Assembly: GCA_039714655.1 (NCBI GenBank)
Contig: JBDLIX010000005.1
Coordinates: forward strand, 16,509 to 80,508
Direction: 5' to 3'
From: Bacteroidota bacterium
GTDB lineage: Bacteria > Bacteroidota > Bacteroidia > Bacteroidales > GCA-2748055
DNA length: 64,000 bases
Shown here: positions 27,024 through 36,214 of the stretch, one piece after another
Position numbering within the stretch: position 1 is the first letter of the stretch
Layout of the letters: every line of letters starts with the position of its first letter
Translations under genes and position numbers: made by a program
The notes under the pieces: model-generated
What the model was told of the DNA's origin: nothing
Seen by the model: the letters and a program-made list of their open reading frames with translations, nothing else
Database searches by the model: none

Positions 27024-30000
27024 TGAACCTGCATAACATATGGAACATAGCCACTTATGAAAGCAAGACACTTTTCAGAAGCTGGTTTTTCAGAATCTTT
27101 TCCATGCTGGCACTGTTCTTTCTGTTTGGGATCAATACCGGTTTTTTTGGAGACCACGGTGGTGCAAGGTGGACCACACGGGCCATAGCAGCAAATCTGC
27201 CTTATATTAATGTGCTGTTTATAAACGTAGCACAGGCTGTGATCGCTGTTTTTCTGGCTTCCGATTTTTTGAAAAGGGATAAAAAACTGGACACTACTGA
27301 AGTGATCTACGCACGACCCATCACAAATGGAGAATATGTGGTGGGGAAAACCCTTGGGATCCTGGTTCTGTTTATTGGATTGGTAGTGCTGGCACTCGCC
27401 ATGTCGCTGATCTTTAACCTGATCAGACAGGATGTCCCCGTTGTTTGGGAAGCATATCTCTACTACCCCTTACTGATCACTGTCCCCACATTGGTATTTA
27501 TCCTTGGACTCTCTTTTTTCATGATGATCCTGTTCCGTAGTCAGGCCGTCACCTTCCTGGTTTTGCTGGGCTATATCGGACTTACACTTGCCTATTTCCA
27601 GGACAAAGCGTACGGAATGCTCGACTACATGGCATTTAACCTGCCCATGGTTTATTCCGATTTTATCCAGTTTGCTGAAATTGACCGGATCATTCTGCAC
27701 CGGCTGGCTTACCTGGCTCTTGGAATAGGTTTTATATTCGCCACCATACGATTCCTGAACAGATTGCCCCAGACAGGAAGGTGGAATATTATTAACCTGA
27801 TCGCATTTCTCCTGTTTCTGTTTGGAGGAGCCGCATTGGGAACCCGGTATTTTTCCATTTTCAAAGAGCAGGCCATGCAACGAGCCGAATTTCTTGAGCT
27901 GAATAACCGGTATGCCAGTAAGGATGTGGTGGATATCGTTGCCAATGATCTGCATGTAATACAACAGGGCAGCAAGCTGGAGGTGATTTCAGAGCTCCGG
28001 GTAAGGAATCCGCACACCCAGCCACTGGACACGCTTATTTTCTCATTAAACCCGGGATTTGTCATTGACAGCATTACCGGCAGGGAGGGTCAGGTTGATT
28101 ATCTCAGGATAAAACAAATTATCCGGATCGTACCGGAGAAGAGTCTGGCCCCGGGTAGAGGGAGCCGGTTTACTTTCTTCTATCATGGAAAACCTATTGA
28201 GTCGGTTGCCTATCTTGATATTCCCAGGGAGCAGGTGGAAGCACTTAAACGAATCCAGGTAGCACCATTAAATAAAGAGCCGGGGATTGTCCACGAGAAC
28301 TACATACTTTTAACACCAGAACTGCTCTGGTATCCTCTGGCTGGTGTAGGCTTCAACATGAAAACATTTCAGCCGCAAGAGATGGATTTTGTTCGGTTTA
28401 GCCTGACCGTTAATCCGGGTGAAGGTTTAACGGCCATTGCCCCGGGGAAAATGACTCAAACGGAGGAGGAGGTCAAATTCGTTCCTGAAAATGATCTGAA
28501 TTCCCTTCCATTGGTGATTGGACCACTGGAGATGAAAAGCATGGAAATTGATGGAGTACAATACAACCTGTACTCAAAACCCGGTCACGATTTCTTCTCA
28601 GAATATTTCACAAATATTACTGATACACTGGGCGTATTGATCAAGGAGGCCAAGGACAATTATGAGTTGGATGAGCTGGATCTTTATTATCCCTTTGAAC
28701 GGATCAACCTGGTAGAGGTTCCCATCCAGTATCATGCTTATGAGCGCCCGTACATTCAAACCGTAGATAATATACTTCCTGAATTAATCCTGTTACCGGA
28801 AAAAGGGGCAGGGATCAATACACTGGATTTTGAACGTTACAAAAAGGCTGCAGAACGTCGTGACAGAGACCGGGAAAATCAGCGAAGTCCCCGGGAGAGA
28901 GAGACGGAACAATTCAAACGTCTGCTACAAAATACCTTCTTCCGGTCGGGTACAACAACCAGATCCAGGGGATTTCGCGGCGGCGGAGAGGGTGGAGAGG
29001 AACTGATTACTTTTCAGGGTGGTTCCAACTATACAAAGAATCCCTATTGTGTCTTTCCACTCTACTACAGCTATGTGACAGGAATTAGTTCGAAGCAGTA
29101 CCCGGTCTTTAACTCCATGATGGAACTCTACCTGAAAGATGGGTTTGAAGTCTCGCCCAGACAGGGCTTTACAGGAGGGATCACCGACCATGAAAGGGCC
29201 AACCTGGCACTACAGGAACGAAACATGATCGATATATTTGCACAGTGGAATACAGAACTTAGCTCCTCACTGATCAACCAGACCGGCAGTTTTATCATTT
29301 CGGCATTGAAAAACCGGGTGGGAATGGGAGACTTTGACTACTTCTTATACTATTACCTGGAGGACCATGCCTTCAAGGAGATATCATTCGAACAGTTTAC
29401 CTCTGATTTTAAAGATGAGTTCGATGTGGATATTGAACCTTACCTGGAGATCATTAATTCGGGAGGAGCGATGGCCACTTTCCTTATCTCCGTACCTGAA
29501 TACATCCAGACCAGGGATGAGATTGGGGATGTATACATAATTCGCTTCAGAATCACCAACGCTGGTAAAGCAAAGGGCATGGTAGACGCCACTTTCCGAA
29601 TCATGGGACAGGGTGGATTTGGGAGTGGTAGTGGCATGAGTACTGAGCAGCGGTTATTTGAAATAGATGCGGGAACCACCAAAGAGGTTCAGGTAGTACT
29701 GTATGACCGGCCCATGATGATGACGGTAAATACGCTCATATCCGGAAATATCCCTTCCAGTTATAATAATTTCTTAAGATCCGCAACCACCGTGGAGAAG
29801 AGTAACCTGGAGGAATATGAACGGCTCAGTGATGATCCTGTAAGTTTTACCTTTAAGGATGAATATGTGGTAGACAATGAAGATGACGGGTTTTCATCTG
29901 TTTCGGTCTCCAGGGAGAGTAAGTTAAAGCAGTATATCGATGCCCGAAAAAAACAGGACGAGACCATCTCTTATGGAAGCCTCAATGAGTGGTGGACGCC

Positions 30001-30466
30001 TTCTAAATGGACCCCGGTGGCACACTCTGCCTACTATGGTGAATCAGTGCGATCGGCGCTTGTAACACGCAGCGGAGATGGAGCAAACCTTGCCAGTTGG
30101 ACCACACTGTTGCCCGAGGCAGGTTTTTATGATGTGTATGTATATATCCCAGTATCAGCTATGTACCGCCGGCCATCGGGAAGGGACCGAAACCAGGGGG
30201 GAGAAAGTGGAAGCCCGGGACAACAGCAGGGAAACAGACGGATGGGTCCGGAGTTTGCTGACAAGGGGACAGATTACCACTATACCATCACATCCAATGA
30301 GGGTACAGAAGAGGTGGTGTACATGCTGGACAATCCGGAAGATGGATGGAACCGGTTGGGATCGTTCCATTTCCCGGCAGATACGGCTGTCATCGAACTC
30401 TCCAATCTTACAGGAGGCAGGCGGGTGATCGCCGATGCTGTGAAATGGGTACGCAGGCCTGGATAG
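27023..30466 (+). CDS. giant membrane protein: N-terminal ABC-2-type permease-like 6-TM domain fused to a roughly 860-aa non-membrane region ending in a golvesin-C-terminal-like module
   Basis: The ATG overlaps the ATPase stop (TAATG). About 280 aa form six hydrophobic helices. A long soluble part has no HExxH that I can see. There are low-complexity RDRDRENQRSPRERE and GGGEGGEE stretches. The C-terminal GFYDVYVYIP...YTITSNEGTEEV...GWNRLGSFHF...VIADAVKWV resembles the golvesin/CBM-like fold as I recall it. Confidence 0.7.
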   Translation: MNLHNIWNIATYESKTLFRSWFFRIFSMLALFFLFGINTGFFGDHGGARWTTRAIAANLPYINVLFINVAQAVIAVFLASDFLKRDKKLDTTEVIYARPITNGEYVVGKTLGILVLFIGLVVLALAMSLIFNLIRQDVPVVWEAYLYYPLLITVPTLVFILGLSFFMMILFRSQAVTFLVLLGYIGLTLAYFQDKAYGMLDYMAFNLPMVYSDFIQFAEIDRIILHRLAYLALGIGFIFATIRFLNRLPQTGRWNIINLIAFLLFLFGGAALGTRYFSIFKEQAMQRAEFLELNNRYASKDVVDIVANDLHVIQQGSKLEVISELRVRNPHTQPLDTLIFSLNPGFVIDSITGREGQVDYLRIKQIIRIVPEKSLAPGRGSRFTFFYHGKPIESVAYLDIPREQVEALKRIQVAPLNKEPGIVHENYILLTPELLWYPLAGVGFNMKTFQPQEMDFVRFSLTVNPGEGLTAIAPGKMTQTEEEVKFVPENDLNSLPLVIGPLEMKSMEIDGVQYNLYSKPGHDFFSEYFTNITDTLGVLIKEAKDNYELDELDLYYPFERINLVEVPIQYHAYERPYIQTVDNILPELILLPEKGAGINTLDFERYKKAAERRDRDRENQRSPRERETEQFKRLLQNTFFRSGTTTRSRGFRGGGEGGEELITFQGGSNYTKNPYCVFPLYYSYVTGISSKQYPVFNSMMELYLKDGFEVSPRQGFTGGITDHERANLALQERNMIDIFAQWNTELSSSLINQTGSFIISALKNRVGMGDFDYFLYYYLEDHAFKEISFEQFTSDFKDEFDVDIEPYLEIINSGGAMATFLISVPEYIQTRDEIGDVYIIRFRITNAGKAKGMVDATFRIMGQGGFGSGSGMSTEQRLFEIDAGTTKEVQVVLYDRPMMMTVNTLISGNIPSSYNNFLRSATTVEKSNLEEYERLSDDPVSFTFKDEYVVDNEDDGFSSVSVSRESKLKQYIDARKKQDETISYGSLNEWWTPSKWTPVAHSAYYGESVRSALVTRSGDGANLASWTTLLPEAGFYDVYVYIPVSAMYRRPSGRDRNQGGESGSPGQQQGNRRMGPEFADKGTDYHYTITSNEGTEEVVYMLDNPEDGWNRLGSFHFPADTAVIELSNLTGGRRVIADAVKWVRRPG

Positions 30467-30506
30467 AGACTGGATAGATAGTTTAAGCAATGAAAATTTG
30501 GATATC

Positions 30507-32012
30507 ATGAACAGATATTGGACAAAGAAGAGAGTTATAATTGGTGCACTTGCCCTGCTCCCGGCAGTCTCCTCCCCGGAGCTGTTTTCACAGGAGTTGC
30601 TCACCATGGGTCGCTCCATGGAGATTGCAGTGGAGAACAGTCCTGATATGCAGCAGACCGAACTGGCACTGGTGCAGAGTCAGGAGAGGCTAAATGCCCA
30701 GAGGGCCAGGCTGAAATCTCAGTTTTCCGTCACCCTGAATCCATTTGAATATGAAAAAACCAATCGTTTTGACCAGCAGACCAGTGAATGGTACCTGAAT
30801 GAATCGACCTCTTCCGGGGGGACTTTTGCCATCAACCAGCGGATCCTGCCCACCGATGGTGAACTAACCCTGGTAAACCGGTTCTCTTATGACTATAGCC
30901 TTACTGAATCGGCTTATGCCATCGATCCGGTCTCCAAGACCTTTAACAACCGTCTTTACCTTCAATTTACCCAACCCATCTTTACCTATAACCGTACCAG
31001 GATGGAGTTGGAGCGGGTGCAACTGGATTACGAGTCCTCCCTTCTCAGGTACCTTTTAATGAAACTTTCACTGGAGCGGGAAGTGGCACGGGAGTTTTAC
31101 GCAGTCTACTCCAACCAGATGCGGCTGGTCATTGCCGAAGAGAGTCTTAAGAACAACCAGGAGAGTCATGAAATTATCAGTAACAAGGTAGAGGGGGGAT
31201 TGCTGGCACTGGAAGAGCTCTACCAGGCCGAAGTCAATCTGGCCACCAGCCATTCAGATGTCTTCAATTCAGAACTTACCCTTGAGAACAGCATGGACCA
31301 GTTCAAGGTGCTTATCGGTCTGCCACTGGAGACTACCCTTATGATCGCAGCTGAGATCAAGGCCGATACAGTAGCTGTGAATCAGGAGATGGCCATCACC
31401 CATGCACTCGATAACCGCATGGAGCTCAGAGAGCGTGAGATTGACATTGAAAATGCAGATTTCAACCTGGTACAGGCAAAGGCGACCAATGAATTTGAAG
31501 GATCCATCACAGCCTCCTTTGGTGTACAGAGCAATGATGAACTATTCTCCGAGCTGTTTGAGACCCCCACCAATACTCCAAGCATTGGACTGACCCTGAA
31601 CATTCCCATATTTGACTGGGGAGAACGCAAATCGGAAATCAAAGCCGCTGAAGCCAGTTTAAAGAGTTCACAGTTGGATTATAAAATTGAAAAGACCGAT
31701 ATAGAAGTGAACATTCGTTCAGTAGTGCGAAGCTTGAAAAATTTAGAAAACCAGATCGAGATACAACGAAAAACCGTTGAGAACGCCCAGCTGACATATG
31801 ATATAAACCTCGAACGGTACAGGAATGGAGATCTGACCAGCATGGACCTGGGACTGTACCAGAGTCAGCTTTCAGATACCAAAATGGCACTGACCAATGC
31901 CATCATCGATTATAAAATTGAGCTTCTCAATCTGAAAATACAGACCCTGTATGATTTTGAGACTCACATACCCATTATCCCCGAAGAGTTAACCACTGAA
32001 GCATCAGAATAA
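30507..32012 (+). CDS. TolC-family outer membrane efflux protein
   Basis: Signal peptide and a two-fold repeated OEP pattern (..LELALVQSQERLNAQRARL.., ..AEASLKSSQLDYKIEK.., YRNGDLTSMDL). About 500 aa. Confidence 0.85.
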   Translation: MNRYWTKKRVIIGALALLPAVSSPELFSQELLTMGRSMEIAVENSPDMQQTELALVQSQERLNAQRARLKSQFSVTLNPFEYEKTNRFDQQTSEWYLNESTSSGGTFAINQRILPTDGELTLVNRFSYDYSLTESAYAIDPVSKTFNNRLYLQFTQPIFTYNRTRMELERVQLDYESSLLRYLLMKLSLEREVAREFYAVYSNQMRLVIAEESLKNNQESHEIISNKVEGGLLALEELYQAEVNLATSHSDVFNSELTLENSMDQFKVLIGLPLETTLMIAAEIKADTVAVNQEMAITHALDNRMELREREIDIENADFNLVQAKATNEFEGSITASFGVQSNDELFSELFETPTNTPSIGLTLNIPIFDWGERKSEIKAAEASLKSSQLDYKIEKTDIEVNIRSVVRSLKNLENQIEIQRKTVENAQLTYDINLERYRNGDLTSMDLGLYQSQLSDTKMALTNAIIDYKIELLNLKIQTLYDFETHIPIIPEELTTEASE

Positions 32013-32031
32013 AACAGATAACCCATATACC

Positions 32032-33093
32032 ATGAAAAGCATTCATACCCTATTAATCAGCGGAGTGGCACTTTCCATTCTGCTTGTCTCCTGCAAACAG
32101 CCCGATATGGAGGTAGATACCACCATTGAAGTTCCGGTAGGAGTGATCGAGGTCAACGCTTCCAGCATTGAAGAATTTGTAAGTACCACCGGATCGGTCT
32201 ACCCCCGCAAAGAGGTGAGCCTTCATTCAGAAATAACCGGTATGTATAAGCTGCAGATCAATCCTGCCACCGGTAAACCCTATGCCCTTGGGGACCGGGT
32301 GAGAGCCGGAGCATCGATTATAAAACTTGAGGATGAGGAGTATTACAATGATTTGCGCATCAAGTCAAAGGAGGTTGACCTTGAGATCTCAAAACTGGAG
32401 TACGAGAAACAACAGTCACTCTATGAGAAAGGTGGAGCCACTTTAAGAGAGCTGAAAAATGCGGAGATCACCCTTATGAATACCCAGTATGATATAGAAA
32501 GCAGTCAGATCAACCTGGCAAAGATGTCATTGAATGCACCCTTTTCGGGGATCGTTGCTGACCTTCCGTATTTTACCAACGGTACCAGGGTGGCAAGCAA
32601 TACTTTGATGGTTCAGGTGATTGATTACGGTAAGCTTTACATGGAAGCCAATCTTCCGGAAAAATATTTCAAAAGCATTGAGCGCGGATACAAGGTTTAT
32701 GTGACCAGTTATACCAGTACGGCCGATACCCTGACAGGTCTCATTACTCAGATCTCCCCATCCATAGACCCGGAAGCACGAACCTTCAAATGTTTCGTGG
32801 AAGTGGACAACCATGATGGCATTCTGCTTCCAGGCATGTTTGTGAAAGCCGACCTGGTGGTGAATAGTGCAGAAAATGCGCTGATTATTCCAAGGGAGAT
32901 CATCGTAAGCCGTAACCGGAACCAGATCGTTTATGTAGTGGACAAAGGTGTTGCCAGTGAGCGGGTCATCACCACCGGACTTCAGAACGAAACCACTGTT
33001 GAGGTAAAGATGGGACTTCTGAAAGGAGAAAGTGTCGTAAGTTCCGGATTTGAGACACTGCGCGATCAATCCAGGGTAAGGATCCTCAGGTAG
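32032..33093 (+). CDS. efflux RND periplasmic adaptor (membrane fusion protein), lipoprotein
   Basis: Lipobox LLVSC. A coiled-coil hairpin segment. Lipoyl/beta-barrel motifs (LNAPFSGIVADL, PGMFVKADLV). Confidence 0.85.
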   Translation: MKSIHTLLISGVALSILLVSCKQPDMEVDTTIEVPVGVIEVNASSIEEFVSTTGSVYPRKEVSLHSEITGMYKLQINPATGKPYALGDRVRAGASIIKLEDEEYYNDLRIKSKEVDLEISKLEYEKQQSLYEKGGATLRELKNAEITLMNTQYDIESSQINLAKMSLNAPFSGIVADLPYFTNGTRVASNTLMVQVIDYGKLYMEANLPEKYFKSIERGYKVYVTSYTSTADTLTGLITQISPSIDPEARTFKCFVEVDNHDGILLPGMFVKADLVVNSAENALIIPREIIVSRNRNQIVYVVDKGVASERVITTGLQNETTVEVKMGLLKGESVVSSGFETLRDQSRVRILR

Positions 33094-33112
33094 TTTACTA
33101 AGTATAATCAGC

Positions 33113-36100
33113 ATGTTAAAAGCAATAACCAGATTTTCAGTCAATTATCCTGTATCGGTGAGCATGATTATCATTGCCACCCTGCTGCTGGGATATATAT
33201 CATTCGATAAACTGGGTATCGATCTTTTTCCCAACCTGCACAGCCCCCGGTTATATATCGAACTTGCTGCGGGCGAACGGCCTCCGGAAGAGATGGAGGA
33301 GAAATTCGTGGATCCGGTAGAAGCATTGGCCATCAGGCAGAGTGGGGTAGTGAATGTCTCTTCCACATCCCGTGTGGGTGTGGCACTGGTTGAAGTGGAG
33401 TATACCTGGGAAAAGGATATGAATGAGGCCTTCCTGGACCTTTCCAAAGCACTATCTTCCTTTAATCAGGATGATGAATTGGAGGAGATCAATATTACGC
33501 AATACGATCCCAATTCAACCCCGGTTATGCTGGTGGCCTTTCAGCATACCGAAACCGATGACCTGAACGAACTTCGGAAGACAGCTGAGAACTATGTGAA
33601 GAATGAATTGATCAGGCTTGAAGGGATCGCCGACGTGGAGGTGGATGGCGCAGAAGAGATTGAGGTACTGGTAGAAACCAATGATTACTTACTCAACTCC
33701 TTTAATCTGGACATCTCCACCATTACCAACAGGATTACCAGTTACAATCAGAATGTATCGGGAGGTTCCATCGTTGAGATGGGGAAACGTTACATTGTGC
33801 GGGGTCTCAGTGAACTGGAACAGATCCGGGACCTGGAGCAGATCATTGTGAAGATGGGTCACTCCACAGAAGAGGCAACCGGTGAAAGGGTGCCGGTCCT
33901 GTTGCGGGATGTGGCAACCATCACCATGACACCTAAGGAGCAACAGAACTCCGTCTTGCTTAACGGAGAGCCATGTGTGGGCCTGAGCATCTATAAAGAG
34001 ATGCGCTACAATACCGTAAAAGCTGTTGAAGAGCTGCGCGAGGCCCTGGAAGAGATGCACAGGTCGCTCCCCGGTTTTACATTTACCATTGTTGAAGACC
34101 AGGGGGATTACATCTCTTCTGCCATTGGTGAAGTGAGTGATAGCCTGATTGGCGGGATTGTCCTGGCCGTGTTTGTACTCTTCCTGTTCCTCAGACGAAT
34201 TGGACCCACTGCCATTGTCAGCGTGGCCATCCCAGTCTCAATCATTGCCACCTTTGTGCTCATGTATTTTACCGGCCTTACTCTGAACATTATGACACTG
34301 GGGGGTCTTGCGCTGGGAGCAGGGATGCTGGTGGACAATGCTATCGTAGTACTGGAGAATATTTTCCGCAATCACGAACAGGGTTTATCTGTAAGGGAAG
34401 CTGCCATTACAGGTACCTCCCAGGTGGGAGGGGCCATTGTGGCTTCTACCATGACTACCATTGTGGTTTTTATTCCCATCGTATACCTGCGTGGAGCATC
34501 GGGTGAATTATTTAAGGAACAAGCCTTTACGGTGGCATTTTCACTCCTCTGCTCACTGGTAGTGGCCATCCTGATCATTCCCATGCTCTATTCCCGAATA
34601 TACAGGAAGAGGTCTCCTTTCTCCGGCAAGGTTAAACAATCTATACAATTGACAGGATACGGCCGTTTTCTTGAAAAATTACTGAGTTTTAAAACCTGGG
34701 TGCTGCTGGGTACCGCGTCATTGATGGTTGCCGGATGGTTTATGCTCAAACAGACCGGAAGTGAGTTTATGCCAAAGGCAGATGTGAATGAATTCTATGT
34801 GGACCTTAAGATGCCTGAAGGAACAGAGCTCCAAAGGACATCCGGGGCAGTTGTCAGCGTAGAAACGATACTTCGCGAAATCTCAGGTGATGGCGTGGAG
34901 CTTATCTACAGCGAAATTGGTCCTACTTCGGGATTGTCCACAGGAGGTGAGAACCTGTTTGATGATCAGAATATGGCTACCATCAAGGTGAAGCTCAATC
35001 CCGGGAGTCAGATTCCGGCAAATTCCATCATTGTTGCTCTGACCGGTCATTTTAAAGATAATCCCAATTTCACCGCCCTGTTCCGCCAGGAAGAGAGTGC
35101 GCTTCAAACGATTCTGGGAACCAACGAATCGCCCCTGGTTGTGGAGTTAATTGGTGATGAGATGGATGAACTGGAAACAATGAGTGTTCAAATAATGGAA
35201 AAACTTGAACAGATTGAGGGAATCAGGAATATAAGCTCTTCGGTGGAGGGTGGAGCACCTGAAGTGGAGATAGCCATTGACAGGTACCGGGCCGGACTGA
35301 TGAATGTGGATGTCAACACATTGATCAACCGGGTGAGTGAAAAACTGCAAGGGGCAGAGGCCGGACAGATGAGTGTCAGGGGTGACCTGACCGACATCAC
35401 TGTAAAGCTGGAGGATATCACATTGAAGGAACTGGAGATGCTTACTGTGGAAGTGGATAATACGGAGATTCTACTCAGGGAAGTAGCTGATATCTCCATG
35501 GGCAGTTCACCCAGGGAGATTCTGCATAACAACCAAAACCGCATTATTGAAATCAGTGCAGATCTTGACCAGGGATTGCCACTGGATCGAATTGCTGTTG
35601 AAATTGAGGAACGGTTGAAGGATGTGGAATTTCCACCAGAGTACAGTTATAAAATCACCGGTGAGGAGGCCATGCGAAAGGAGTCCATGGGTAATTTGGG
35701 ATTTGCATTGTTGCTATCACTTATCCTGGTTTATATGGTGATGGCTTCCCAATTTGAAAGCCTTGTACATCCCTTCACCATTCTATTGCCTGTCCCTCTG
35801 GCAGTGGTGGGTGCCGTTGCGGTCTTTTACTTCCAGGGTAAATCATTAAATATAATGGCCATCATTGGAATTATAATGCTGGTGGGCATTGCGGTTAACG
35901 ATTCCATAATACTGGTGGATGCCATCAACCAGTTCAGAAAAGAAGGTATGAAATTGAAAGAGGCCATTGTGGCTGCTGGTCAGCGTAGGATCAGGCCCAT
36001 TATTATGACTACCCTGACCACCATTCTGGCGCTCTTTCCACTGACACTCGGATTTGGCGAAAGTGCTTCACTTCGTTCACCCATGGCGTGGGCGGTCATC

Positions 36101-36214
36101 GGGGGGCTTATTACTTCAACAATGCTTACCCTCATCGTAATACCTTGTATCTATATGTTCTTTGGACAATTAGGGAGGAAAGGTGAAAGAATAAATAGTT
36201 TACAGGGTGAATAA
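33113..36214 (+). CDS. RND efflux permease (AcrB/MdtB-like), paralogue 1
   Basis: 1033 aa with a 12-TM AcrB layout. N-terminal ITRFSVNYPVSVSMIII. TM4 motif GMLVDNAIVVLENIF. TM10 GIAVNDSIILVD. C-terminal LIVIPCIYMFF. Confidence 0.9.
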   Translation: MLKAITRFSVNYPVSVSMIIIATLLLGYISFDKLGIDLFPNLHSPRLYIELAAGERPPEEMEEKFVDPVEALAIRQSGVVNVSSTSRVGVALVEVEYTWEKDMNEAFLDLSKALSSFNQDDELEEINITQYDPNSTPVMLVAFQHTETDDLNELRKTAENYVKNELIRLEGIADVEVDGAEEIEVLVETNDYLLNSFNLDISTITNRITSYNQNVSGGSIVEMGKRYIVRGLSELEQIRDLEQIIVKMGHSTEEATGERVPVLLRDVATITMTPKEQQNSVLLNGEPCVGLSIYKEMRYNTVKAVEELREALEEMHRSLPGFTFTIVEDQGDYISSAIGEVSDSLIGGIVLAVFVLFLFLRRIGPTAIVSVAIPVSIIATFVLMYFTGLTLNIMTLGGLALGAGMLVDNAIVVLENIFRNHEQGLSVREAAITGTSQVGGAIVASTMTTIVVFIPIVYLRGASGELFKEQAFTVAFSLLCSLVVAILIIPMLYSRIYRKRSPFSGKVKQSIQLTGYGRFLEKLLSFKTWVLLGTASLMVAGWFMLKQTGSEFMPKADVNEFYVDLKMPEGTELQRTSGAVVSVETILREISGDGVELIYSEIGPTSGLSTGGENLFDDQNMATIKVKLNPGSQIPANSIIVALTGHFKDNPNFTALFRQEESALQTILGTNESPLVVELIGDEMDELETMSVQIMEKLEQIEGIRNISSSVEGGAPEVEIAIDRYRAGLMNVDVNTLINRVSEKLQGAEAGQMSVRGDLTDITVKLEDITLKELEMLTVEVDNTEILLREVADISMGSSPREILHNNQNRIIEISADLDQGLPLDRIAVEIEERLKDVEFPPEYSYKITGEEAMRKESMGNLGFALLLSLILVYMVMASQFESLVHPFTILLPVPLAVVGAVAVFYFQGKSLNIMAIIGIIMLVGIAVNDSIILVDAINQFRKEGMKLKEAIVAAGQRRIRPIIMTTLTTILALFPLTLGFGESASLRSPMAWAVIGGLITSTMLTLIVIPCIYMFFGQLGRKGERINSLQGE

